Positions 1 through 12,635 of a DNA stretch of 64,000 bases are shown piece by piece. The first letter of the stretch is position 1. The number at the start of each line of letters is the position of its first letter. The DNA is taken from positions 2,976,001 to 3,040,000 of the forward strand of contig NC_081334.1 of the NCBI RefSeq assembly GCF_022539665.2, read 5' to 3'. The translations under genes were made by a program, and so were the position numbers. The stretch comes from Daphnia carinata. Lineage: Eukaryota. Below the pieces are notes generated by a model. That model saw nothing but the letters and a program-made list of their open reading frames with translations. It had not been told where the DNA came from and did not search any database.

Positions 1-36
1 AAGGAATCGTTCTTGTAGAATTCATGGTGAAATGTT

Positions 37-3000
37 ATGAGAATTTTTTTTGACGACTTAATCGGCTACTTGTGTTTCTTTAAGGTTCTCGCAAGCAACA
101 TACGGAGTCAAGTCCGCAAGGAACGTGAAACGCTAAATTTAACAAACAATGAAATCGACACCATAGAACAGGAAACTAAAAAGCTTCAGCAAGCCTTGCA
201 GCAAACCAAAACGAATTGCCAATTTCATAAGGTTCATAATTCATAAATTTACTTTGGGAATGCTCGTGCTTAAAGTAATAACGAACATCTAGAAAAAGCT
301 AGCAGAACAGAATCTTGCTTTGGAGAGGCTCAACCAATTCTACGAGGAAGAAGATAAATTCGTGGCTGTTATGGAAAAAATGGTTGAATCTCAATTGGAG
401 GATCACACTACTCTGGAAAAATATTCCCATCAAGACAACATGACTATCAAGGTTAATTAACACAACAGATTTGGTTGTCGTGTGCTCCGTTAAAATGAAA
501 TAATTTTTCATTTTTCATGCAGGATTTGGAGATAAAATTAGCTAGAACGAGGGAAGATATCGACGAAATAGAACGTCAGTTTAAAATGGCCAAAGAAGAT
601 CGCGAAAATACAGCCATCCAGTTGAACAAGATGCAAGAAGAATTTCGAGCCATGACCGAAGATCGCGATCGCAACCTTTTGCAATGGGAGGCGACTATAA
701 GCCAACTGGATAACTGTAGGAAGCAACTTGATAAATCTCGAGCCGTAAAGATTTTACTACCGCACGTAATTGACGATTGATGTCTCAAAGCATTATTTTT
801 CTCGTAGGATTATCAAACAGTGAAAGAATTAGCTAATGCCGACCAGAATCGACTTGATAGTATCAATAGGTGCATTAAGCAGTTCCAGGACGACATCAGT
901 GGTTTGGAACGGGCTTTTCGTGCTAGGGAACTTGTGGCTAACCAAATGAAATTAAAGATAGATGACCTTGATAAAGTACACAGTGAACAGCAATCCGAGG
1001 TTAATATAGTTTTTTAAGAATTCTTATGCCACATATACTTGAGAATAATATTTGTACAGTACGTTGCGTTCGAAAAAGTAGCAAAAAGACTTACAACAGA
1101 AATAATGTCAACAAGGAAAACTGCGGAAAGCCTTAAACAAAAAAGCATCGAAGTTCAAGCTAAATTGGCTGAAGAGCAAGAAAAGTATAAACAACAGGAA
1201 AAAGAGCTGGAGCAGTTCAGGAAGACTGTAGGCTCAGCAAAGGCACAGAAAGAATCCCTCTCACTTCTAGCAAAGGTAAGGTTTAAAAGGCATTTTGATT
1301 GCAAACAAAATATTGAACGTTATTCATTAAAGGCGGCGGATGAGCGCTTTGCGCGCCATCGGAACCATCTTAATCAAATTGCAAACGAATTTGCCAGCGT
1401 TCAAGCTGATATCAGCAATATCAAATCAAAGTTTAACAGCTGTGTCACAGGTGTGCGATTTAACATCCATAGCATTCGAAACCTGGAGAATCAAATATCT
1501 GCCCTTCAACAGAAATTAGTTCAGCAAGAAGAATTGATTTATAATAAGGTAGCAACGTACACATTTTTCTGTCGATTTGTTTCGGGATTAATTTGAAGCT
1601 TTTAACTTTTCTTGTTGCTGAACTGTTCAAAAGAGTATGGACATTGTTCGCATCGAATTAGATTTACGAAGACTACGACATAGCGACGGAGAATATGAAG
1701 AACGAAAATCACAACGTGAGCAGATTGATGCTTTAAAGTTCGACATAGATGCTGCTAATTCAGTTCTAGTTGCTCTGAAATACGAACTATCAAAAACCCA
1801 GGTAGGGTTCGGATTGCCAATGAAGTTGTTTAGCTTTAGTGCCTAGAGAATCAATTAAATACTCTTGCCATTTCGTTAGAGTGATGCAATGGGATTACAG
1901 CGAAGCTGTGATATTCAACAACAAAAAAAGAACGTCATGCAAACACTATCCAAGCAGCTGGAATCTGAGTGCCAAAGTCGTGAAAGAGAAAGTCGTGATC
2001 TTAGACGGGATCTTGAGGAACTACGCATGGGAGAGAGCCTTATTCATCTGGATATTAAACGTAGAGAGAGCATGATTGAAATGCGCTCGGCGGTCGTCCA
2101 ACAGCTAGAAAATCAAAAAAGACACATTGAAAATGTAAGTCTTCTTTACGTGTGAATAATAAAAATGTACAGTAACGCAAATAATCATATTCTATTTTGT
2201 GTAGGCCATCCAAACACGACTAGAAGAATTAACAAACCAAATGGAGCTTCTTCAACTCGAAAGTCGTTCGTTGAAAGAACGGAATCAGCAACTGTTGGCA
2301 TCAGTAAACCAAAAAACCGTCGAAATTGATCACATCAAACTACGGTAAACAAACAACTAAATAGTTGCAGACATTAAGACGTTTACTTGTATGTTAATCA
2401 TGCTTGTGACTTGTGATTGCCAATCTACTGATTAAATTTTAGGTACGACGTAGTGGCCGATACCTTAGTAATGGAGAACGGCGTTAAAGAAACATCCGAA
2501 GCGTATTTCATCATCAAGGTTATAGAATCGTCATGTTGTGCCATCACGTTGCATATTTAGCTGATTACTATTTTAACAGATGGCTCAAGAAAAAGAATTT
2601 TTGAAAGAATCTATAAGCGATCTCCAGAACGTGATACATAGCTTAGAGAGTGACAATTCGGCTCTGAACGGCACCCTACAATTGGTATCCACCGCAAACC
2701 AACATTTTCGTCAGGCTTGTATTGTTGGTGTACTTACAGGTAAGTGTTACTAGTTTAATATCCTTGTAAACTTATGGCAGTAAAGAATTTTACCAAACAA
2801 GATGACGACAAGGCGATCAAAATCCAAATGGAAATGGAAGATAAGCAGTTAGAAAAGATGGTGGATGACCGTAAAAAAGACAACTATCAACAATGTTATT
2901 CCTTCGAAGTAAGTTTGCACAAGCTAAACTTTGATTGATAAAGAATGAACTTCTTTCTTTAATGTTTTAGCGCTTGCAAGATGAATTACGTGAACTGAAG

Positions 3001-3557
3001 GAGGAAGCATATCGCCTAAAAACTCAGATTGACGCTAAATTAAACACTGAGAAGGATCTGTCGAACGAAATTGAGCAACTGCAAACCAAAATTGATCGAG
3101 CAAGAGATATCAATCTTGTTCTGCAAAAAACTGTGCGAAGGTCCAAAAAAACGAAAAGTAAACTCTGCGAAGAAGTAAGTCTATTATAAACAGTTTGAAC
3201 ATAAATATACAATGACATTGAACTTGTTATGGATTGTTTGTCTTGACCACTATTCCTTTTGCAGATTGTACCAATTTCCACAATAATGTTGAGCATTTGT
3301 TCTATTTTCAGATTGACTTTGAGATAGGTCAGATCCAAGAAAAGTGTTTGAATGCACAAACAGCAATGTTTACTCTGTCAGAAAGTGATCCTGGCATAAA
3401 AACTACTTTGGTTCAAATTATGGAAGAAACGGCAGCTAACGATTCGCTTGAAATCAAAGAACTCGTTTTGCCTGCACCACCTAATAAAACACGCTTGGAC
3501 ATCACAGATTTTCCGCATTCCTCGAGTTCAGTTAGCCCACCACTATCCATGAGCTAA
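37..3557 (+). CDS. CCDC39: Coiled-coil domain-containing protein 39-like (axonemal ruler), multi-exon; 5' end uncertain
   Basis: A chain of coiled-coil exons separated by ~60-nt GT-AG introns. The spliced segment YFIIK|MAQEKEFLKESISDLQNVIHSLESDNSALNGTLQLV (2.50-2.69 kb) resembles the conserved CCDC39 motif YYVIKAAQEKEEL...IYALENTLQVL. Stop codon at 3555-3557. Confidence 0.7.
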
Positions 3558-4892
3558 AGTATGTATGCACCATAATGCAACTAAACCAATTTGTATTAAT
3601 GCAATCATTTTATTTCATCTTCTCCCATCAAGACATCAGCGGAAAGCCATGAACCCTCCCTTCCATATCTAATGTATTAGCATCATGTTTAGTTTGCTTT
3701 GCTCTTGCAATTGTTGTGGTCGTTTATAGTTGTATACTTTTGTGAACAAAACTGAAATTATACTCAAAATGATTGTGTGGAAAACTCATTATTGTTTTCC
3801 ATGTATACCACCTGACTAGTAGCTGAGACATGAGACGGTCTGGTTCTCGTTTACAGTGTATCTTCTTTTGTCAACAGCTTTCTTCGAAGTTGTTACTTAT
3901 CTATATGAATCCCAATTATGCATTAAAATCTGAATTTTGTTCTTTTCTGGAGAAGAGGAGTAGGGCCTACATCGAATCATCCTTTCTGTTAGGGAAGCAT
4001 AGATGAACTGGAATGGAGGGTAAGCATATCAATTACCTTAAGGGGAAAACACATAGCTTTCCCGAAATAAAATTAGGGTAAAGGTAACATAAAATTTGAA
4101 GGCCGATAGCTGTTCAAGGAAAAAAAATTTTGACGTAGGCTGAGGACATGCAAATTTCACCTCGTTCGACCTACGCTTTAGCGTTGACCTCTAATGCAGC
4201 AGTAGCCTTAAGCAATTCAGTTTAGAAATCAAAAACCTGATTCCACTCTCCAACTCAGTAGTTCATTCACCTGCACGGGATACACTAGTGTAGATAGTAC
4301 TCTTTTGGTGCATTAATAGTGTTTCACACATTTGCACATGATTATAACATCGTTAACTGTTGGATACTTAATTTGTGGATGCACAATCACGCACTGCGAA
4401 AGCCTCACACAAGCACTGGGATTTGCTTTTGCACTGGTCTAGCCTAGTAAAGCCTAGATAGATAAGAAAAATGTAGAATAAGTTAAGGTTAAATAGTCTA
4501 GGATAAGATTAAGGCTTCGGTAAGTTAGGCACAATCCTCCTCTCACATTGCATTTGCACTACATTGCCTGCACTCAACGCCTTGCATTTGTTCCAACCTT
4601 TCATTTTGCAATTTGCACAACATGCCTCCTGAAACCTTTCAGCATGTTATGCAAATACACCAACGTCAAGTACTCCATGATTATACCTCATCATTAACCC
4701 TTAATAAGTTCTTTTTTTCAGGATCTGTTTTTCATTTGTGTACTTAATGTGTGATAGATATAAGCAATAGACTATTGTTCATTGTTAATCAACAGCATTT
4801 TTTTTTTTCTTTCTTTCGCTATGAATTAGGAGGGCAATCTCTGGGCATCACAATGGAGTGCGGGGCACCGACGATCGTCGCCACCAAGAAAA

Positions 4893-7200
4893 AAGGTATC
4901 ATTGATAAATTATAGGATACTAACTGTGTTTTTTTTGTCGTTTATGTATTTAGATTGGCCTGCCCACACCGAAGAGGCCCATCGAGGATCGTCGGGGGAG
5001 CCCTAGAACGCCGTGGGATCTTCGAGATCGTCGCCTTAAAAGGTACCATTGATAAATTTAAGTGTACTAACTGTGTTATTATGCCTTTTGTGTATTTAAA
5101 TAGGCTGGCCACACCGAAGAGGCCTTTCGAGGATCGTCGCGGGAGCCACTAGATCGCCGTGGGATCTTCGAGATCGTCGCCTTAAAAGGTACCATTGATA
5201 AATTTAAGTGTACTAACTGTGTTATTATGTCTTTTGTGTATTTAAATAGGCCGGCCACACCGAAGAGGCCTATCGAGGATCGTCGGGGGAGCCACTAGAT
5301 CGCCGTGGGATCTTCGAGATGTCGCCATAAAAGGTATCAGTGATAAATTATAGGGTACTAACTGTGTTATTATGCCTTTTGTGTATTTAAATAGGCTGGC
5401 CACACCGAAGAGGCCTTTCGAGGATCGTCGCGGGAGCCACTAGATCGCCGTGGGATCTTCGAGATCGTCGCCTTAAAAGGTACCATTGATAAATTTAAGT
5501 GTACTAACTGTGTTATTATGTCTTTTGTGTATTTAAATAGGCCGCCCACACCGAAGAGACCTATCGAGGATCGTCGGGGGAGCCACTAGATCGCCGTGGG
5601 ATCTTCGAGATGTCGCCATAAAAGGTATCAGTGATAAATTATAGGGTACTAACTGTGTTTTTTTGTCCTTTATGTATTAGATTAGGCCGGCCTACACCGA
5701 AGAGGCCCATCGAGGTTCGTCGGGGGAGCCACTAGATCGCCGTGGGATCTTCGAGATCGTCGCCTTAAAAGGTACCATTGATAAATTTAAGTGTACTAAC
5801 TGTGTTATTATGTCTTTTGTGTATTTAAATAGGCCGGCCACACCGAAGAGGCCTATCGAGGATCGTCGGGGGAGCCACTAGATCGCCGTGGGATCTTCGA
5901 GATCGTCGCCTTAAAAGGTACCATTGATAAATTTAAGTGTACTAACTGTATTATTATGCCTTTTGTGTATTTAAATAGGCTGGCCACACCGAAGAGGCCT
6001 TTCGAGGATCGTCGCGGGAGCCACTAGATCGCCGTGGGATCTTCGAGATCGTCGCCTTAAAAGGTACCATTGATAAATTTAAGTGTACTAACTGTGTTAT
6101 TATGTCTTTTGTGTATTTAAATAGGCTGGCCACACCGAAGAGGCCTTTCGAGGATCGTCGCGGGAGCCACTAGATCGCCGTGGGATCTTCGAGATCGTCG
6201 CCTTAAAAGGTACCATTGATAAATTTAAGTGTACTAACTGTGTTATTATGTCTTTTGTGTATTTAAATAGGCCGGCCACACCGAAGAGACCTATCGAGGA
6301 TCGTCGGGGGAGCCACTAGATCGCCGTGGGATCTTCGAGATGTCGCCATAAAAGGTATCAGTGATAAATTATAGGGTACTAACTGTGTTTTTTTGTCCTT
6401 TATGTATTAGATTGGCCGGCCTACACCGAAGAGGTCCATCGAGGATCGTCGGGGGGGGGGGGGCTCCTTGATCGCCGTGGGATCTTCGAGATCGTCGCCT
6501 TAAAAGGTATTATTGATAAATTTAAGTGTATTAACTGTGTTTTTATGTCTTTTATATATTTAAATAGGCCGGTCACACCGAAGAGGCCCATCGAGAATCG
6601 TCGCGGGAGCCACTAGATCGCCGTGGGATCTTCGAGATCGTCGCCATGAAAGGTATCATTGATAAATTAAATGGTACTAATTGTGTTTTTTTTGTCTTTT
6701 ATGTATTAGATTGGCCGGCCTACACCGAAGAGGCCCATCGAGGTTCGTCGGGGGAGCCACTAGATCGCCGTGGGATCTTCGAGATCGTCGCCATAAAAGG
6801 TATCATTGATAAATTTAAGTATATTAACTGGGTTTTCATGTTTTTTATGTATTTAAATAGGCCGATCACACCGAAGAGGCCTATCGAGGATCGTCGCGGG
6901 AGCCACTAGATCGCCGTGGGATCTTCGAGATCGTCGCCTTAAAAGGTATCATTGATAAATTTAAGTGTACTAACTGTGTTATTATCTCTTTTGTGTATTT
7001 AAATAGGCTGGCCACACCGAAGAGGCCTATCGAGGATCGTCGGGGGAGCCACTAGATCGCCGTGGGATCTTCGAGATTGTCGCCATAAAAGGTATCAGTG
7101 ATACATTATAGGGTACTAACTGTGTTTTTTTTGTCCTTTATGTATTAGATTGGCCGGCCTACACTGAAGAGGCCCATCGAGGATCGTCGGGGGAGCCACT
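4893..7200 (+). repeat. Tandem array of ~16 units of ~146 bp, with two sub-types
   Basis: The unit aaaggtaccattgataaatttaagtgtactaac...gatcttcgagatcgtcgcct recurs at 5041, 5187, 5332, 5478 ... 7090. Confidence 0.97.
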
Positions 7201-7290
7201 AGATCGCCACTGGAGCTTCAAGATCGCCACTGGAGCTTCAAGATCGCCGCTGGAGCTTCAAGATCGCCGCTGGAGCTTCAAGATCGCCGC
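7201..7290 (+). repeat. 20-bp minisatellite, ~4.5 copies
   Basis: agatcgcc(a/g)ctggagcttca at 7201, 7221, 7241 and 7261; derived from the end of the 146-bp unit. Confidence 0.95.
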
Positions 7291-8405
7291 CGGTGCCCGC
7301 CCGAGATCTACGCTCCATGGAATGAAGAAGAAATGAAGATGGTACGGTGTAGTATTGCCGAATCGGCATTTTTTTTTGCATTTTAATTTTTTGTGATTTG
7401 TGTCTGATAAATGCAACCCGTATACCCTTTTCCTCACCTTATACTTCCTTTAAATACCACGACTGACGGTAGCGTCACCGTGCACTCCCGCTGCACGGAG
7501 CACACACGTTCAATGCACGCTTACCTTACATTTCGTTCGCTGGTTTTGCACTATTAGTTCTAGCTTCAGCACATCGCGGATGTCTTTAGGTAATATGACC
7601 TTAGCTTCCATTTACACCAACCTTATTCCTAGTTTGGTGTAGGTTTATTACACCTTATACCTTACAACCGATTATTTAAATTGCCATCACGCACCTCGCT
7701 GAGAACCCGGAGGGGATCCATACCCGTGTGAAAAATAAACGCCCCTCACAACGAAAGCCCTACTCTGAAAACCCGAAATGCCTCCCTCAATCGGCAAAAA
7801 AGCACCCTGTTTGGGGGAGGGACTTCATCCTGCCGATCCCGAACACCTGACCATTCGTTCAGTTTGTTTTCGTGAATGAGTCACGGAGACCTGACAACGT
7901 TGGAAGCATATATAAAAATTTAGTGCATTCCTAGCAGACGCTTTATCTTGAATCCAGAAGAGGTAGAAGATGCGCGTAGTGTGAATGAATTAAATTACAA
8001 ATTGTGGTATAAATTAAAATTCATTGTATATTTTTGTTTTCTACGAGTGTAGTAGTATTGAGAGCATTTCGCATATCATTGTACAAGGTGAGTCCACGTT
8101 ACCACTGTCAAAAGCTTCTTATATAATAACTAGAATCATTGGCTCATGGGGTTTCAAGGTCTGAATTGCTACTGTATTTAACATACTTTTTTCTCACATA
8201 TTTTTAAAAGAAAATGTGCATGCCCTGGTATTGTTGCCTTTCTACTTGGTAAGTGTTGTGTAAGAAATCAGATTCTTCTGAGGCAATGATCAAGTCTTAT
8301 TATTTTGACTTCTGTCATAAATCTAACCCCACCATATGGCAATGTCGAGTCATATTTTTGTTTCTTTGTGAGTTTCATCCTTGTTACTTCCAGATTTTAC
8401 GCCCA

Positions 8406-10568
8406 ATGATGTCAGGACAAATTCAAAGATCTTCATCTGTTGTAATTGGAGCCAATGGACCTACTGCTAACAATAGCCTTTCTATATCTCCAACAACAGC
8501 TTTACAGTCACCCCTTCAAATATTTGTTCGAGCAAAAAAGAGAATCAATGACGTTTATGGTGAAGTGGAAATCTATGTTAATGATTCTTGCAAATTTCTT
8601 CCTGGTAGGCATCAAGTATTTATCTATTTGCTCTATAAACAATGTTAATGTTTTTTTCAATGACACAGCTCTGCCTAAAGATAGTGATTTGATCACTATA
8701 GAAGAACTAGTAGTGGTTAATAGTCATGTCGAGAAAGTAAAGGGTATTCGAGAAGTACTTTCGCGCGACCATATGAAAGTGGCATTTTTCGGAAGGTAAT
8801 ATTTATACTCGTTGGAAATAATAATTCAGTTGTAGAACACAGTTAACGGATAGAAAATATCAACAGGACAAGCAATGGAAAAAGTACTGTCATAAACTCT
8901 ATGTTAAGAGAAAGAATCCTTCCTTCTGGAATTGGGCATACCACCAACTGCTTTATTCAAGTTGAAAAATCGGAAAATGATGAATCATATCTCATTTCAG
9001 AGGATTCAGTGGAAAAAAAGAATGTCAAATCTGGTAAAAAACTAAGCAAAAAGGATAAACTGCTTATCGTTTACATGATTTTATTTCTTGTAATCTAGTT
9101 TCTCAGTTGGCTCATTCGTTGTGCACGGGTTCGCTTGGTGATTCGGCTTTAGTCCGAGTTTATTGGCCGACCGACAAATGTCCCTTGCTTCGTGACGATG
9201 TAGTTCTGGTCGATTCGCCCGGGATCGATGTTTCGCCGAACTTAGATTCGTGGATTGACAGACATTGTTTGGACGCAGACGTGTTTGTATTAGTCGCAAA
9301 TTCGGAATCGACTTTGATGTTAACGGTACTGTCTCCTGTATTCATTCTCTATGGTGAATACTCCTGATGATTTAATTTAAATTATAGGAGAAGAATTTCT
9401 TCTTCAAAGTTTCCGCTAGATTATCGAAACCGAACGTTTTCGTGTTGAATAACCGTTGGGACGCCTCGGCGTCAGAACCTGAGTATCTTGAAGAGGTAAA
9501 CTAGCTTTAAGGCAATTCTATTTTTGTTTGTATTCATTTTTATCATTTCACGATTTTGGTGTTATTCTAAAGTATAAACGTTTATTTGTGTGATTCAGGT
9601 AAGAAGACAGCATATGTTACGTACCGTAGATTTCTTGGTTGACGAGTTAAAAGTCTGTGGAACTCGAACGGAAGCTGAGCAAAGAGTTTTCTTTGTATCG
9701 GCGAAAGAAGTTCTCCATGCTAGAACAAACGAGTTTAAAGGATTACCCCTGAACAGTACGTCTTGAATAACTTCTATGGCATATCCAGCTATTGTTTCAT
9801 TCATTTCTGTTTTCTGTTTTCTAAATTGCGCATTTTTAGCTGGGATAGTTACAGATGGATTTCATGGACGTTACTTTGAGTTTCAAGATTTCGAGAGGAA
9901 GTTTGAAGAATGCATTTCGAAATCAGCAGTTAGAACCAAATTTGATCAGCATACGAAACGAGGCAAAGCGGTTGTTGGGTAAGGAAACATAAGTACTGGT
10001 AAATATTCCCTAATTTTGTTTGTGTGCCTGAATTGTTTAATTTGATTGAACTAGTGATGCGCGCAACGTCATGGAAGTGCTTTTGGAACGCGCCACTGCA
10101 AAGAGAGCTGCTAAAAGTCAAAACCGTCGTGAAGTTTTAGACCATCTCGATTTCACGGAAAAACAGCTTCAGTTGGTAACCGTAGAGATGAAAGACAAAA
10201 TCTGCAAAATGGTTGAAGAAGTGGAGCACAAAGTAAGATAAACGTGTAAGGCATTTTTCCGCATCATAGCTCAAAGCTTTATTTTGTTGGTGGGGATTTC
10301 TACTACTCTAGGTTTCAAAAGCGCTGAACGATGAAATCCGCCGTCTCTCAGTGTTGGTTGATGAATTTCACGCTCCCTTTCACTCCGAATCCCTTGTACT
10401 GCAAGTGTACAAAAAAGAACTCCATAATCATGTTGAAGCGTGTTTGGGAAGTAATCTCAGAGCCAGACTCTCCACTGCACTAGCATTGAATATGGATCAA
10501 TCGCAAAAGGAAATGATTGGTATGGCCATAATAACAAATGAGTTGGTAAAGTCGTGTTGAATTTGGAC

Positions 10569-10603
<35 letters not shown>

Positions 10604-11568
10604 AGAGTTACATCGATGCTACCTTCTGAGAAGAAACAACTTGGGCTAGGGATGATACCTCGTCGCGAACCTTTCGAGGTCCTTTATCGGCTCAATTGCG
10701 ACAATTTGTGTGCAGATTTCTCCGAAGATATTGAATTCCGCTTCTCGTTCGGCATCACGTCCATGATCCAACGCTTTACAGGCAAAGGTAAAATCGCTCC
10801 GTGGGTGATCAGTAACTACACAGAATCGGTAAGTTCCTTGCATATGTTTCTTTTCTATGTTACGATGAATATTATCTTATGATATTTAGATTCCACGTCC
10901 TATGGGAAGTCATCATAGCCAACCCGGACAGCTAATACCACAAGGCGGTGAAGATTGGTCAATGCTTTCACGTATTGCCATCGCTTCAGTTACATCACAA
11001 GGAACAATGGGAGGACTGCTAGTTGCAGGATTTGTAAGCGTATTCTTTTTCTTTACGAATACTTCAGTAATGTTACAGGTATTCACCATGTTATCTGCCG
11101 CTAGTTGATGAAAACTGTTGGCTGGCGATTGATCTTGGCTTCTGGTGTGATTTATGGTGGTCTTTACCTTTACGAACGACTCACGTGGACCAACAAAGCC
11201 AAGGAACGTGCATTCAAAAGACAGTACGTCGACCATGCCACTCGAAAATTGCGCCTTATTGTAGACTTGACGTCCGCCAATTGTAGTCATCAAGTACAAC
11301 AGTAAGATGTTTTACGTTAAATAATCCAAAACAATTCCTAACCCTTTTTTTCTGTCATCACAGGGAATTGTCCAGCACCTTTGCTCGATTGTGTCACCTT
11401 GTCGATGGAACGATGAATGATATGCAGGGTGATATTAAGCAGTTAGAGACAGAACTGCGCTCATTGGACGAAGTGGCTACTTCTGCCAAAGTCTTACGTA
11501 ACAAAGCGAATTACCTGGTTGGGGAACTCGACCGCTTCGACAAATCTTTCTTGACCCCTGATAACTAG
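8406..11568 (+). CDS. Marf: Mitofusin (transmembrane dynamin-like GTPase Marf/fzo), multi-exon
   Basis: Motifs KVAFFGR|TSNGKS (P-loop), [44 protein letters not shown] and [13 protein letters not shown], plus the C-terminal heptad repeat. Confidence 0.97.
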
Positions 11569-12635
11569 TACCTTTTATAGTAGTTTGCGTTATAGGACAC
11601 TGGACTGCTGTGGGAGTCTAAGAATTCAAGCAGCATCTGAAGCGCGCTAGTTGTTCAGTAAGCAAGCTTAGAATTTTTTAGACGGATCCTAGTCGTCGAT
11701 CATGTGACAGTCTTCATTATTATTATGTTTCGTAACTCGTCCATCTGACAAATAATCCAATGAATTCTCAGATGTGAATTTATCTTTTTTTCCTACGATC
11801 GAGCTGTATCTCCCATTTTGCGATGGATTATACAGGTCTAGTTGCTTGTAATAAAGAAGTAAAGCAACAGATGAAAATGCTGCTCCGGTTGTAGGTTAGA
11901 GTTTAAAAGTTTTTTTGGGAGAACATTTTTCCAGTTTAGAATTTGAGTAGTGATTTTCCAGATGGGAATTGTAAACTGTTTTATCTTTTGTTTATAGTTG
12001 CGTCAATCTGTTTTTCCACATCTGTTTGCTTTCCTATTTTTTGTGTTTTGGGGACTTACATTTCAAATGTTAATGCACTTTTGTAATGTGAACATTGTTT
12101 TACAAAAGGCATAACTTTGAAATTGTGAGAGAGATGTGCAAAGAAATTGTTTTATTTTGACACTTCCCGTAATGACGAATTCGAACAAGGAGAACGAACT
12201 CTACGAATGTAGAGTTCTGCATAGAACCGCAATCTTCCGCTGTAGACCACTTCCGATTTCCTGTTTCTTGGATCATATTTTGGAATTGTTTGAGTATCGG
12301 ATCATGGCGAAACCGATGACAAGTTAGCTAATTCATTAATAATTTTAGACGTGATAAAATGTTAAGGTGCATAACATTAAGAGATGTAGAAGTAACTTGG
12401 CATTAATTAGAAGCAGTAATAGATGGATTGGTTCCAAGAATAACAGGGAAGTTCCTGTACATAATGAAGAGTAAACCAAGTCAGAGCTGCGAAAGTGATG
12501 CAACGTGAGGTGTCCCGTAGAACAGCGCCCTTTCGTACGGAAATCCCTCTTGTTCATTTCTCAAGATTGTGACGTGAAGCGCACGATAAAATTTCGTTGC
12601 TGCTTGTCTCTGAACGCGTTTCCACTTGAACCGTC

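Noticed and set aside
4893..7200. CRISPR-like array
   Set aside because: The whole unit is repeated with no unique spacers; the context is eukaryotic and there are no cas genes.
4038..7453. Kolobok/piggyBac-type TTAA-flanked element around the tandem array
   Set aside because: The candidate ends (TTAAGGGGAAAAC and CTTCCTTTAA) do not form a convincing inverted repeat.
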